Assembly (NCBI GenBank): GCA_036172245.1
Contig: JAYWIR010000004.1
Span: 2,914,001 to 2,978,000 of the forward strand
Source of the DNA: Raillietiella orientalis
Lineage: Eukaryota
Direction of reading: 5' to 3'
DNA: 64,000 bases
Shown here one piece after another: positions 13,991 through 30,623 of this stretch. The stretch's first letter is position 1; the number at the start of each line of letters is the position of its first letter. Made by a program: the position numbers and the translations under genes. Under the pieces are notes generated by a model that was not told the DNA's origin, did no database searches, and worked only from the letters and a program-made list of their open reading frames with translations.

Positions 13991-14626
13991 CTAGAGATCA
14001 GTTTTCTCACTGAGTCCCAGAGGAATGGCTTGCATTTCAGTTTTTAAACAAAGAAATTCAGCACATACACACATAATGATGGTGCTCAACAGGTTCAATA
14101 TCCACCATGTGACAGAAGATGGGAAACCACTACCAAACCACCAACAGAAACAAAGATGGAAACAGTGTAACGTCAAAGTAAAATCCAAACACTGCTTGCT
14201 TCTTCTGATCAACAACCACAAGGTAAATGCTCTACAAAACAGTCCAATTTAAAAATTTCATTCGTCATTTTTAAACTCACCCACAAAGAGAAGTTAACAA
14301 AAAACTGACACACACTAAACGACCTTTCCAATTCCAAAGAATGACTTCCTGTAAGACACATTTATAATTATTTAAAATTCCACAAATTGTAAGGTGAAAA
14401 ATGCTTAATAAAAAAAACGTTCTAAAGGTTTACGAATTTGAAAAAAAAATTCTACCTGGTAATCGAACATCTGAAGGTAAGATGGAGATAAACCTTGAAA
14501 ACTAACCAATAATGCCAACCAAACACCCAAAATTACATAAAAGAAGCTCTGGAGGGCTATCATTTGATTTATTATCAAGAATGGATCCCATACGGTATAA
14601 CGAAAATATCCTTTCAAATATGTCAT
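13991..14626 (-). CDS. SYS1: SYS1 Golgi trafficking protein (integral membrane ARFRP1/Arl3 receptor), 3 exons
   Basis: Exons 14626-14456 (MTYLKGYFRYTVWDPFLIINQMIALQ...QMFDYQ), 14348-14281, 14231-13991 (LIRRSKQCLDFTLTLH...FPSSVTWW...EFLCLKTEMQAIPL...TAG). GT-AG introns in phase. FRxxVWDP, RRxKQCLDF and LCxxTE motifs match SYS1. Confidence 0.95.
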
Positions 14627-17600
14627 GTTGGAATCGTTAAACGCTGACCTTTCGCATGCTGACCTAGCGTCATGAAAATAACAATTATTTGTGGCACAAA
14701 TCGAAACAGTGAGCACTCGTATGACGAAATGAGCGTACCCTTACTTGAGAACCTTCACGATGAGGGCAATAAACACAACGCAAGGCAAATACCAAATTAC
14801 TTAGAAATGGGATTTGTATTTTATTCCCAGACGCAGAATTCAAGGGAGTTCATGCACATTACACAAACTGTGTTCACTCCCTGAACAGCTACAACGGAAA
14901 AAACGAAATCGTGAAGCTTAATAAGTTCTGCGTAGTATTATTAAAGACATACGATTATTCTGATACAGATTTCCTCATAGGAATAACAACAACCGCTTCC
15001 TTAAAAATAATCTGCATCCTTCACAACGTCAGTCCACATATCCCGACTAAAAAAAAAAAAAAAAAAAACATGATAAAATTTTGTATTTCAGTTGAGAAGT
15101 ACCACAACACGAAAAACACAATTACATTGAAGGTGTATTACAATGTTATTAAATAAGAAGCTGAGTAATGAATGCTTTTCATCGACAGGACAAAATATCA
15201 CAAAAACTCAAAGACATAAAAATAAAACAAATATTCATCAGCCCAGATTGAAGCGGAAGAAAAAAGTGAACAGGTATTTGTTCCATAGCATGAAGCGTTC
15301 AACTGTGGCATTCATTTAACTATCGAGAAAATGAAAGATGCAAATCAAACCAGTTAATTGAACACTTGAATTGAAAAGTTAATAAAAGTAATTGTTTGGT
15401 TAAAAATAATAACAATACTAATCGTTGCCAAGAATGCATACTGAATTCGTGTGAAGTCGCTCATTCAAAGAGGTTGTAAGTTTGGAGCATCTAACTTTCA
15501 TACCTGCTTAAGATTAGACCCAAAGTTTAATTTAGTGCTTTTCAAACAAACTAAAAAAGAATTCTCACTAGGTTTATTTTTAACTTTTAAATGTAATTGA
15601 ACAACTTTTAAATCCTTGAAAGATTCGCTACTGTTCCTTATTGTACTTATTAATATTGTCTCATATTTTCTTCAACATTTCTTCTTGGTGTTGTTTTATT
15701 TGGTGCTGAGGAAGGAAAAAATGAAAACTTCCATATTAGAAATTGTTTCTTCTCAAGAAGAAATGGGGAAGTTTATTTTCAGCCTTAAACATAAAATTAT
15801 TCGATACTGTTTGAACTACATAAAGAAATTTCATTGACGGAAATTCAAGTGATTAATCAGAGTGCTGCAACAACGGAAGTATCTAACTCACTTCAATTTG
15901 GGGCCATGAATTTTCGGGAAATAATTTAACATTTGTAACTTTACTTGCGAGACTCATAGAAGTTATGTGAAGAAGCTTACGATTCTTATAAATGCATTTC
16001 TTCCGACCGAGCAGTGAAATAACCACCTCTACTTCTCAAGCATATGGATACAGAAGTACTTCCATCTCCTATCGAAAATCTAATGTTTATTAAAAGAAGT
16101 GTATTGAAAGGAAAGCACACATGTTGTGGGTGAGAATAATAGGTTTGCAGAGACATGTGTTCTTTAAACATGCTCTCACAAAAACTGGCACCTGTTGGCT
16201 ATCGGAAAAATTATCGAAATCTTCAGCTGGTCGAATTTTCATTAAACGACAAATGTGCTACTGTTGATGGGTATTCATGAGTAAGTCTGGGCTTGCGAGA
16301 TCCTTTTTTGTTTGTAGTTAGCAAGTGGTCGCTAACAAATGTATGTGCAACCTCACCCCTCGGGTAGGGTGGCCACTGCTCGTAGTAGCGAAAGGAAAAG
16401 CAGCAAAACACGTAAAGTGCACTCCAACGCACTCTCTGCCTTAAGCGCCGCATCCTTTGCTTTGTTCTCGAATTAAGTCCGGACGATTCTTTCCAACTCC
16501 CTTCTAGCAATCACGGAAATGGAGGAAGAGCATAAGGAACTGAATGAGAAAATTCGCGTTCCTCTAATTCAAAACTCAGGATTCCCGGTTAAATTCCGTA
16601 TTATCTATGCTTTCTTACAGCAACAAACCAGAAATCCACACCTTGAGGATTCCAGAATTCGGGATAATAAGCAACGAGAAAATTCGCGAATTTTCTCAAC
16701 TTTATTTATCTATATTTAAACAGAATTTAATTTCGAATACTCGCATGTGATCATGAGTGATTATTTGGAGTCCCTTTTGTCGTTCCAATGGACCGAAAGT
16801 TCCGTTTATTCAAAGTCATCTAGACGAAAATCCCCGAATTGAAACCCCACTGATTCTTTGAAAAAGTGTGTTCTGCACCGTTTCTCTCCCAAACGCGGGC
16901 AACTTTTCCTCTTTTGTGGGACGGGACGAAACGAATAATGAGCCTCGTACGATGCTGTTTTCTCTTTACTCTCACATGTAGACAAATGAAGGACCTAATC
17001 ATATATGAAGCAGAAGGTCTCAGAATGAAAATAAAAACAGGAAAGAGGTTCTCCTGAAACTTGTGCCACTGTGAAGGCACATGCAAAGTCAAATCGAGTT
17101 TGCTTCGAAAGAGATGAACTTTTGTCTCCATGAAAGGCGTACGACGTTCGTTCCACACACGATTACAGGTCTTTGTCTGAAGTATGTACTACCGTGTACG
17201 GATGTGGAATGGCATCCACAGAGAGCACTCGTCACAAAGAGCAGTTCACGATTCTTCCTGTGAATCTGTTTTCTGTGAAATGGATGCGTGCCCCGTAGGC
17301 AGGTAAATATTTTCTCGAGTGGAATCCGGGCACACGGATATGTTGCACACAAAGTCGAACAGCTCACATGAGGGAAGCACGCCAACGTAGGGTTTCCCCG
17401 CAATGATTGCTGTTCCAGAAAACATGAGATGGCAATGATTGGAAAATAGCATGCTCTTGCTTTGAAAAAAAAAAAAAAAAACTTTCACATAAATTGTTTC
17501 GTTGAGTGCTTCCGATCGCCAACAAGTAATCTTTACACAGAAATTACTTGAAAAGCCTTTCTACGAGCCTTTACGTGGTAACTGTTTTCATGGTTGCCTT

Positions 17601-17838
17601 CGTTTCTCATCCACACACTCCTTGCCCATGGCATGTACAGGGAAGAATTGTACTGTCCGACCCACCGTGTCTCTCGGATGCTGCCCCACGAACTGCTGAG
17701 TAGGGTAAACACTCCGACGTTTGCGCTGACGAGTCGACGCCAGGGAAGATCGTTTTGAAGGAAAAGTTCTCTCTGGTGGGCATGGGGTAGTAGAAAACAG
17801 GATTATGGTTTTGCAAGTTTTCCTTTTTGCTGTCAAAC

Positions 17839-20195
<2,357 letters not shown>

Positions 20196-20198
20196 AGC

Positions 20199-23100
20199 TT
20201 ATCTTATCCAAACGTTGCCAAAAAAAAAAAAAGAAAAAAAGAAAAAAAGCTTTCTTACTTGTGGCACTACTGTCCAGCTAACTGGTACCCACTGAGGTTC
20301 CTGCTGTGCAGACTGAGCTAACTGTTGCAACTTGCTTACTGTATCGACCAGTTTGTCATTGACTAGAATGGCATCACATAAATGTCGATGATGCATTTCC
20401 ATTCGTGCTCCTAACTCGATGATCATTTCGAGTTCTTCATCCTTCGGTTAAATTCATGAAAAATCAGTTAGATAAAGGAAAATATACCGAAAAGCCCCTA
20501 GATCCGCTCTCATCAAAGCTAGAGCGTGCATAGGATTTCTGACGGGTTTCACGAAAAGACTGCAACTCTGGTGGTTTTATCAGAATGATATATGGTTTGA
20601 ATTGGGCAGAATATAACAAAGGAAGGGTCTGCAGGAAACATATCATCATATTTTATGCATTTCAGACCTGGCAATGTGGGGTGATCACAGGCACTAAACC
20701 TTCTTGTATCAACTGCAAAATGCTGTCCCCTGCTATTGCATACCAACAGGATCCACGTCTTAAGCACTCAATGTAGCGTCCTTCACGTATTCCTTCTTCC
20801 AGTTTTTTTTGAGAGATAAAGTGGTAATCACAGCCAGCTACTTCGTGTACTCGAGGAGCACGAGATGTATCTATATTCAAAACCACAAAATCACGATTTA
20901 TTTTGAGCTAAAGAAACTAACAGAGAACTGGCCGTGCATATACATCAGGAGAAGAAAGAACCAACTGATGTGCCAATTCAGTTCTTCCTACACCAGGAGG
21001 TCCTATTAAAACAATAGGACGGCACAAACCATGCCATGGATATAAGCGTGTTACTTTATCATATGTTGGTAATTCCTCAGGAGTAGGGCAATCAAACATA
21101 CCTTCTGCATAACCAGAAAACTCTAAACAACAAACACTTTATAATAAATAATTACTAAGCCAACAAACCTATTTTTTCATCTGCTCTTGCAGCTCTGTTC
21201 AAAAGTATCCTTTTCTCTTGCAATACTTTACTAGGAATTAGACCTGCTTGTGCATTTCTTTGATTATCTTTCTGTGCCTGCCACCTGATTGTAATTCACT
21301 GTGTTAATGTGCATTCATGATGGTAAAAGTCAATTCACCAGTATGGATCATCTTGGCTTACTATAAGTAAAACATCTCCACAAGCAAACTGCAGTCCTGC
21401 CTCTTGGCAAGGAATGTGCTTATCAGTATTGGGATGAAAATCGAAGCAAGCCTTCATTCGTATTTGTCTTTCCCCATTTTGACATCTAGTCCCACGTGGT
21501 AAAAGCTTGAACAATACTGTACCTTCTGATGACTTCTACAGATTATTTGCCAAATAAAAAACTTCATTGAAACAATGTTTCAAACTTACTAGAATATCTA
21601 AAACTTCTGTTGGAGATTTTCCCTTCACTGGGATCTCATTGACCTCTTCTACTATATCTCCAACACTAATAAGTCCTGATCTATCTGCAGCACCACCATG
21701 CATGATGCGTGCTATGTAAATGTGCCCTGTTACATCATCGGATTTTATTGTTGCACCCTAAAACTTATTGAGGATTGCTACAAACAGTGGCAAAAACCTT
21801 ACCACTATCGGTTCAAATGAAGTTTGCAAATTCTAATTTGAATAAAGCATATAGTAGGATAAACAAACATGAATTTTTTACCTGAGGATCATCTGACTTG
21901 ACTAGCTGAACTATTTTCCGAGTTTCTTCTGTTTCTGTTTCATCACTCAAAGAAATGTCCGGTAACTGTGGAAAGTAATTTTTTTGTGCAACAACATCGT
22001 GAGTGTATAACAATCCCTATTGAGAGAGCAAATTTGAAATTACAGGCCATCTGTGCAATAAATCAAATGCACCTGCATATATGGCTCCAAAAGAATTTGT
22101 GCTAATTGTTGTGCATCAGTATTATTTACAATGGGTTCCAATTCTTCTAGGACATCTAAAAATATTTCTTGTGCACTTGATGCAACAGGAATGAAATTTG
22201 TATTGCTATTGCACATGCTGATTCGATCATGAACCTATAATAAAATACTTGATACAGAATACCACTTCGTCGATGCAAAACTGACATCCACAAAATATCT
22301 TTTATGATCTTAATGGAATCTTTAATCTCCCACAAGCAAGCAATCAAAATTCGGATAATGAAATTAATACTGACCCAACAAATAATGTTATGTTAAATAA
22401 TATTAAGTATTTGAAAACTTAATCCTCAAAATTGAGACCAATCGGTATCGATCTGTGTTCCGAAAATTGGGAACTTGACAACCGTAGAATTTGTCAGAAA
22501 CCTCGGCAGAATACTAATTTGGGAAGGCATTCATTAAAGATCTTCATATGTTTCAATAAAAGCCCTCAATACAAGACTTTTTGCAACAATGAAAACTTTA
22601 CAACTCACATGGCACAAGAAAATTGTTCAAATATGGAGAAAACGTGCAAACATTAATGCATTTAAGCAAACTAACACTGCTAACAAAATATTTTCGAAAA
22701 ATCTAATTTCTAAAAATATTTTAAGGAAAGTGTTTCCAGAAAAGTACTTTATACAAGCTACTATACCTAGCTGAAATTTAAGCAACAGTGACAGACAATC
22801 ATTATTTACAAGAGTTGTAAAATGATTTCCTATTCGATTTGACTGATTCTAAGACGATAAACAAAAGAAAAGTATCAATGTTACATTCAAGGGGCAAGAC
22901 AATATATTCATAAGCAAAGAAATGGTATCTCTAATCAACAGATTGTGAAAAACAACTAGCAAATATTTCTTTCGTTTCTCATTTGCTATATCAAAATGGG
23001 TAATGAATACATGATAGCACTGATCGCATATAGAATATAAAAATGGAATAAAAAATATAGGTGAATGGTTAGAAACTACTTTTTTTCTAATAAAATTAAT

Positions 23101-26100
23101 TTTTATCAATGCACTCGATTCTTACTTTTCATATGAATCTAGTGTAAACCTGACATAAAGCTTTGAATATAAAAAATTTGAAGGTTGTATGAGGAACTGA
23201 CAAAATAAAAATTAAGTCAAGTATGCAAATATTATTTAATTTTCTAATTTTAATGATAATTGTATAGATTTGCTCATATGATTTCTAATGTAAAAAATAT
23301 TCATTACATAGAATTCAGATGGAGATTAGGGATATAGGATGGAAAAGAACATTGGCACAAACAAAACTTTCAGAGAAAACATGTTGCCATAGAAACCAAG
23401 GAATTTTTTTTATTAGACACGAATGCTAATTTTGATTTTTCATGTTGACAATACATTTAATAGATGCAGTATGCAGTTCTTCAGCGGAAAAAAAAAAAAT
23501 GGTTATTTTGAGCACATTACTCAAATTTCATCAAATAATAAAAAATAACTTGAATGCACATCTTCATTTTTTTATGGAAATTTCATTATATATAGGGAAT
23601 ATATGTACCATAAAGTGTGAATCATATACCATTACCTAATAAAAATCGAAAGAAACCATTTTCAGTGCTATCAATGAACACAGAAAGAATGCAAGCATGC
23701 AAAAATGAAATATATATAAACACCCTGTGAAACAATGCAGCAGAAACCTTACAAATTTGAGTCTAGATGAAAAAAAAGAAAAAAAATCCTATGCTAAATC
23801 GGCAATAAGCCATTATTTCAGTTACAGAGCATACAGCACTTAAGGTTCTGACTTCAAACAATAAAATCAACATTTTTGGCGATGTCAAATTTTCAATCCC
23901 TTACACAAATCTTTGATGCACTAAAACCAGGCATGAATACTCTGTAAAATGACGACCGTCTTTTTTTTTCATTTAAATAATGAAGCATAACCTGAACAGC
24001 CCATAAAACGAATGTAAATTGATTGTTCCAACATTTATTCCTGACATCTCACACTGCATGTGCTCTTTATTCTCATGAACAAATGCTTCCAGGTATATGT
24101 AAGTGCAGTTTCAGAAAACAATAAAATTATTCCAGAGTATTACATTCTGATAAATAAGTAATTTATATCCTAATAAAATGGATACAAATGTGGCATACAA
24201 TAGTAGATTTCTTTCTAAGTTCCATTGATTTTGAAATCAACACTACATAATTTAGAAATTTGTTTGAAACCCTGCTTTGGTTATTTTCAGAATCGAAAAT
24301 TCTCTTGATTAAAAAAGTATGTATACTAGCACTACATTTCTATTTTTTTCTTTACTCTCAGCTCTCATATACATTTGAAATGTGAGAGATAACAAACAAA
24401 TTATTTCTACATCTAGTCACAAAGATGAATTGTGAATATTTTCATTGGTTCAGTACAAATGTAGCAAATTCAAAACAACATTTAATCTTGATCTGCAATT
24501 CAAAATGAAAAATTTCGTATAATGCATTGCTGTGGTTACCTGAATTAAAGCTCTGAAATCCTTGCATTGCAAGAAATTCACCAAAAAATTGTAATCATCT
24601 TGGCAAGCTGATATGGATGATCCCACTTCTTTCAAGCATTTCAAAAGACTAGAAAAAGCTATACACAGTATAAATAAATGAATTATGATGTTCAATCTTT
24701 CATAAATATTTGTGATCAAATTACTGTTCTTTCCCAATACTTTATTGTATGTTCAGAACAGGTTAAAATAAAAGTGCATTAATTCTATCAATATAATGTG
24801 ACTTTCGTAAAAAATAATACTGTTGATTACATATAATTGTGGTGCATAGCATGATTAAATATCTTAAAAGCCTTGATTGCTTTCAAATATAAGCACATTA
24901 CTTTATGTAACCACTCAAATGACTTCAATCAAATGGTTTTGGAGTGCCTATATTGAAACCGATTTCCATAAAACTGCTGTAGTCATACATGCATAGGTAC
25001 TTAAAGAAGCCCAGTCCATTTAGCAACAATCAAATGGAAGATTAGATTCAGCTCCTGAAAAAGTAGCTTCAAGAGGCCAAAATTGGGTCAATGTCTTGCA
25101 TTTGTACAAAACAGTAGGCCCAATCTTGTACAAACGGTTTCATTTCTTTTAAAATCAATAAAACTATTCTGAGAAACATGAATTAAAAAGATTGCTTAGA
25201 ATCTGCTGGTATATTTAATAAATTTTAAGAAATTAAGTATTCCATCTTCCAACTAATGCATCTAAGAAAGCTTTATTCTCAAAAAGCTAAAAATACGAAT
25301 TGTACCTTAGTAACCCTTGCATCAGATATATTTGAGTTTCACATTTCTATCCAGACTGGAAGACTTTTAGAACTTGATATTTTCATTTCAAGGATCCAGT
25401 TGAACAACAGACATGAACTCCACAAGCTACATATAATAACTAATACCATAGCTTTTACCATCTAAGAGCATACCAAAAGGAGTAGTGTAGTAAAGTATGC
25501 ATGTTATGATTCTAGATTGTTTAAAGTGAAGTGACAACTCAAAGTGATAGGATTGTTTTGGAAGCTTCCAAAGTCCTTTAATCCAATCAAGAAATTCAAC
25601 TTAGAATACAAACATGCACAGTAATGGAAGCTAGACTTGATTACATACTGAAACAATTAACTGCAAATCTCGAACAAACAAGGAATTTACCGATCAAGCA
25701 ATTTATTCATTCATTCAAGCTTCCTTACAAGTTGTGCCATTTCCAATAGTTTCATTTAATTTAACCTGATATCACTATGGTCACAAAAATTTAGTTAGAA
25801 TACAGTCAATCCAACAAACTGGACATGACATGAAAATTCAAATTCAATCTAAACTGATGATTGTGCAGTAATCTGAGTGCCAATAAATATGTGCATTATG
25901 CATATATGCATCTGAGTGCCAATAAATATCTGCAAATTCAAACTGATGATTGTGGAGTAATCTGAGTGTCAATAAAAATATGCATTGCATTTATATCCCT
26001 GAGGGATATGATTGCTAGTTTAATACACAGTTATTCTTCAAATTTATATGCTAAATGTCTGCAAGCATGATGACTCACTATAAAAATACGATCACATGTA

Positions 26101-29100
26101 ACTTGAAAGTACCGAAACCTAGAAAAACTGAAAATACAATAAGTCACACATTCACACCTTACTTCCTTCCACAACTATGCTGATAAAAACAAATCATATA
26201 TGTGACTTGAAACATTCTATTCTATTCTATCAAAACTCTACATAGCAATGCATCATAACATATGAAACCAAAATAATTACATACATTACTGATACCTCTG
26301 CTGTGGGAAAAATTCTTAACAAAGATGTTCAATGCACATTGGATAACTGACGAATTCTTCAAAGGAACACACAAGCTGAACTCAACTTTTAGAAATAAAA
26401 ATACTCTTAAATACTAGATTTGAAGTTGCTCATACTTAATTTCAGTTTTCACTATTTCAGTGAACATAGTACGCAAAACAAATTATTAATAAACAAGCTG
26501 TTTGGTAATACATATAACTGCACTTCAAGTTTGCATAAGTTTATAAATATATACAGCAATCTTGCAAGGAATGATGATAATTCATTTTTTTGCACTGATG
26601 ACTTTGTTTTCTTTCTTTTGTTTCGACTTATGACAAAATCATTCAAGCATCAATAATAACCAATGAATTTGGTAGAGGAAGTATTGTACATTAAGGCACG
26701 TACGAAGTGTAAGTCATGTACGAAAACTTATCACGAAGTTTCATGTTACGTTGACAAATTTGTGGTTTCCACATCTTTTCTTTCCTCAACTCTTCATGTT
26801 ACAAGCTGAATGAGTGACTAAGAATGGTACCAACTTTTAAGGACATATCCTAAGGACATAGTTCACAAATAGCAGAACAGAAACAACATCAATTCAGAAA
26901 CGAAAGTTTAAGGGCACACTATTGAATTTTCTATTTAAGTGCAAACTATTAATTAAATTAAAATGCTCCAAAAATCATTCAACATGCACACATCAAAAAT
27001 GATGCCAACAATGAACAACACAGAACATTTCCTTTTTTAATTAACTTTCATTTACCTTTAGCAGAACCCATTTTTGTTTGTATCAAAGAAAGGCAGGAAT
27101 ATTGAAAATGCAGCTACTTCATATGTTTATAAACTAAAGGCTCAACACAAAACTTATAAACACTGGTTGTATGAATGGAAGATGCAATCAATCTGAATTC
27201 AAACTTTGGTGATATCACCATCAAAAATATAACAATAAATATTACTCTGTTGATTTTGCAATGCAGCCAAGGTTTAAGCATTGAGCAATGAATGGTTCCA
27301 TCCATCACAAACTTTGCAGGTATGATTGACATCACTGATATGATGATATCACATGATGTTAGAACATCAGTGCCAGTGATATAAAAAACTTTTTACATAT
27401 CCCTTCACATTTTTTATTTTATCAGCTCACATTCCCATTAAATAGATACATTTTCGAAATCATTCCATTAAAACTTTAGGATGTAGAAATGTTTTTAGAA
27501 CTGTACATAATCATTTGCCATTGAAAACACAGAAAAGCAGCTTGGGAAATACTCTTTCCCAAAACTTCAACATCCTCATTTCTATCTTTCCTTCACTAAT
27601 CTGTTTTCATACAAATGCATCCTAAGACTTTTGTGGCGCAGTGCATCTGCCAATAATAACTGACACTTTGGAATTTATTGATTTCCATTTCCAAGTACAA
27701 ATATATACAAAACACTGAAAATATTAAATGAAAAACTGCATCATCATTCCATTAATTTACCACCTGATCAGCTGCCTACTGTCAGTAAACTGCATTAATC
27801 ATGCATGATAACATTATGTTGTTCCATCCGTCATACTCGACACATGCAAACCATTCACAGTAATACAGCTAAAGTGCACATTAATCAATTTCCTTTTTCC
27901 TAGATGAAACATTCAACTAAAGATTTAAACAAGCGCAAAATTTTTTGTACATAAGTAATTCAATGTTAGAAAAAAATATAGCAATTACAAACCAACCATT
28001 ACTAAATTAAAAACTTAAGAGAAACTTAAGCTGGGAGACTGACTGATCTAACAATTCTCACAGTCACAAGTACACATAATGAAAACAAACATTTAAACTG
28101 GATTCCTGCAATAAACAAAAGTTTTCTTCATCTCCTGTTAATGTACAATCCATTCAGCATTCCTCTTCATTTTTCTTCACTTCTGCAGATGCTTAAGATG
28201 GTTACTTTCCAAAACACTGACCCTGGAGACGTTTCACATCTTTACTCCTGGATACATAACCAATTCTACACTGTCTACTTGTCTATGCACCTACTTCCCA
28301 TTATTCCATTACACCTGCTGTGGATATTTGTAAAATCCCAAGAAAAATTTGGAAAATGAAAACCTTAAGTGATTGAAAGATTTTTACATTAGCTACTCAC
28401 ATAATGTAAGGAATGGACTTCAAACAGCACTAACACAGAATCACAGAATATGCTTCCTAATTTGTTTCCTCAAAACATTTTAATATAAAAACTGAGATCT
28501 GACTAATCACAACTGATGAACACAAAGTAATGATGCATATTCTTGCTTCCCTCTGGCCTACAAAGTGCACATCCTCTATCAAACCGTTTTTTTTCAGTTT
28601 CCTAAGGTTTTAAGAGTGCTTAGCTTCAAACTAGTTTTTCGAAAACTGCTTTACTAGCTTCATTGTGTCTCGACATCAATCAAACAAAAGAAAAAAATGA
28701 ACTAAAAACTGGCAATAAATAACAACTGGCAATCTTACTTTTAGTCCCTACTTCTTTGCTCTTTAATAAAATATTCTGAATAAACTATTAAATTCGTATG
28801 CTATTTTTCTGTTGCTGCTTTATTATTAGATATGACTTGTTGGTTTGTCAGGCACATTTCCAAGTTCCATTTTTCCATGTGCAGCATTATTTGATGGTTT
28901 GACTCAAATGTTAACATAGACAATTGCTTGTTAAAAAAAATCAGATTAAATTCAATTAAAAGAGGCAACCACCGGTTCAATGTTACACATTTAAATTAAA
29001 TAATTTGAAATGAATTAACAGTTTGAAAAATAACAAGGAACTGATTAACCAACACGGATTCTACACGACAAGACGAAAACCTCTTAATCAGGCAGATATT

Positions 29101-29274
29101 TGATTTTCAGCAAAAAATGAAAGCATCAAATTGAAACACTCGGTCCACTTTTCTTCAATAACATTTTCGGTTAACAAGAGCACTTGGGCAACGCGATTGC
29201 AACCGGGTTATTGTATTCGATGAAATTAAACCAACACATAACTTACCGACTTCATTATCAACAACGGTGCCCAT
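20199..29274 (-). CDS. MPP7: MAGUK p55-subfamily scaffold, MPP7/Metro-like (L27-L27-PDZ-SH3-GuK)
   Basis: Exons (minus): 29274-29247 (MGTVVDNEV, putative first exon, phase matches the next), 24658-24540 (L27N), 22234-22073, 22016-21882 ([10 protein letters not shown]), 21832-21803 (micro-exon [10 protein letters not shown]), 21757-21590 (PDZ: GATIK...[16 protein letters not shown]), 21535-21339 (SH3: IPCQEAGL), 21284-21169 (WWQA...AGLIPS), 21122-20922 (Gu[10 protein letters not shown]), 20870-20668, 20628-20488, 20441-20199 (EPQWVPVSW). The 3' end is ambiguous: an alternative splice gives a stop at 20155. The first-exon call is less certain than the rest. Confidence 0.9.
25851..25984. repeat. 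Local imperfect direct repeat in MAGUK intron
   Basis: AAACTGATGATTGTG(C/G)AGTAATCTGAGTG(C/T)CAATAAA at 25851 and 25940, with a partial copy ATCTGAGTGCCAATAAATAT at 25910. Confidence 0.8.
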
Positions 29275-30623
29275 TATAAACTTGCAAAAATCAGCAAGGT
29301 TATTCCTATGTGAACTGTATCAACTCAAACAATGGATAGTCGGGACCTTAAATAAATAGGCATGGAGAACAAACAGTTCTATATCTTCGGTACTTTTCAA
29401 ACTACAATAACATGGCTAAGATCCCAAACGGCTTATGCATATTTTACTGTTTCACTGCTGATACCGCTTATTTCCTATGGTTAGTTTTCATGCTACACCA
29501 AAAGCAAACACTTAATTAGGAAAACAAACTAAAAGGCTGGCATTATTCCAAGTATTTGTTAATGGCGAATGTTGCAACCATAACTTGGAATTTTCTTGTT
29601 CAAGGAACAAGAGCGATTCCCTAAAATTCTCCCGTGGCATGGGGAAAAAATTAGCAATTCGGAAAATTAGTACGACTTTATTTTTCCAGCATCCGAATTT
29701 TCGTATGACAAATATGACCTGATCCGGGAATTCACAGGCCCGTGTTGTGATTTTCTTACATGGGTGTGAGGAGATCTCGATTCGGAGTATCACAACTTCA
29801 AACGTATTTTCTGACGGAAACTACAAATGGAGTAGTTGTAGCACAAAGCTCTCTGTGCCTTCGGTTAAAAAAGACTAAAACAAGGAAGTTTGGAAAAATG
29901 AATTACACTTGGCAACAATGAAAAGGCTGCCTTGTGATTGCCTTAGGACGTCAAGATTCGTTGTAGAGCATGCATTTCATCAAAGGAAACCCCAGTGAAA
30001 GCTTGAAAGTTTCCTGAAAGCAGCGCGGATATGATTATCACAAACATGGCATACGGGACAATCGATTTTTCAACTCTTACGTGATCTTTACACCATGAAA
30101 ACAATTGCTGAAGAGCTCCCACAAAGATGCTCAACACGGTAAGAAGGCCCACGTAACAGCTGCTACTGAATCACTCAAGGAAGATGCAGTCGTAGGTGTA
30201 GGGAACACATCCGACCCCATAAATGCTGCGGCAGTAATCGCAAGTGATAATGTACGATTGGTCCACATGATAAACAAGTTCCTTCCGTAATTATATCATG
30301 ATTTTTTTCATGAAATGTTGAAAGCGTGGTTTCCAAAGAAACGTCCGCATTCGAAACTTGGAAACTAACACGATATGCAGTAGGGAAGTGGAAAGAGGAG
30401 CAAGGGAGTCATGGCCTGTTTATGGGGATCATTCCTAATGCCGCCTGTAAAATTATAAGAGACGCCTTTTCCATTTACAGATGGATGCAAGTAATCCCTA
30501 CGGGCTCGGCAGGGAACGTGGCAGCTTGTTGACAACTTCATGGGCAAGCGTCTGTTGCTAAATTTTGTTAGTTACATGCATCTGATGAAGAGCTTTGAAT
30601 TTCCGGAAATTGGAGTGGGAAAG

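Noticed and set aside
15940..16110. RhoGEF DH-like phrase ETHRSYVKKLTILINAFL
   Set aside because: About 18 residues followed by a stop, with no supporting exons.
26296..26390. Possible extra phase-1 cassette exon in MAGUK intron 1
   Set aside because: Weak splice sites and no similarity to MPP-family N-termini.
29943..30152. Transporter-like hydrophobic ORF (SLC26-like impression)
   Set aside because: No family motif, and part of the ORF appears to run through a GT-AG intron.
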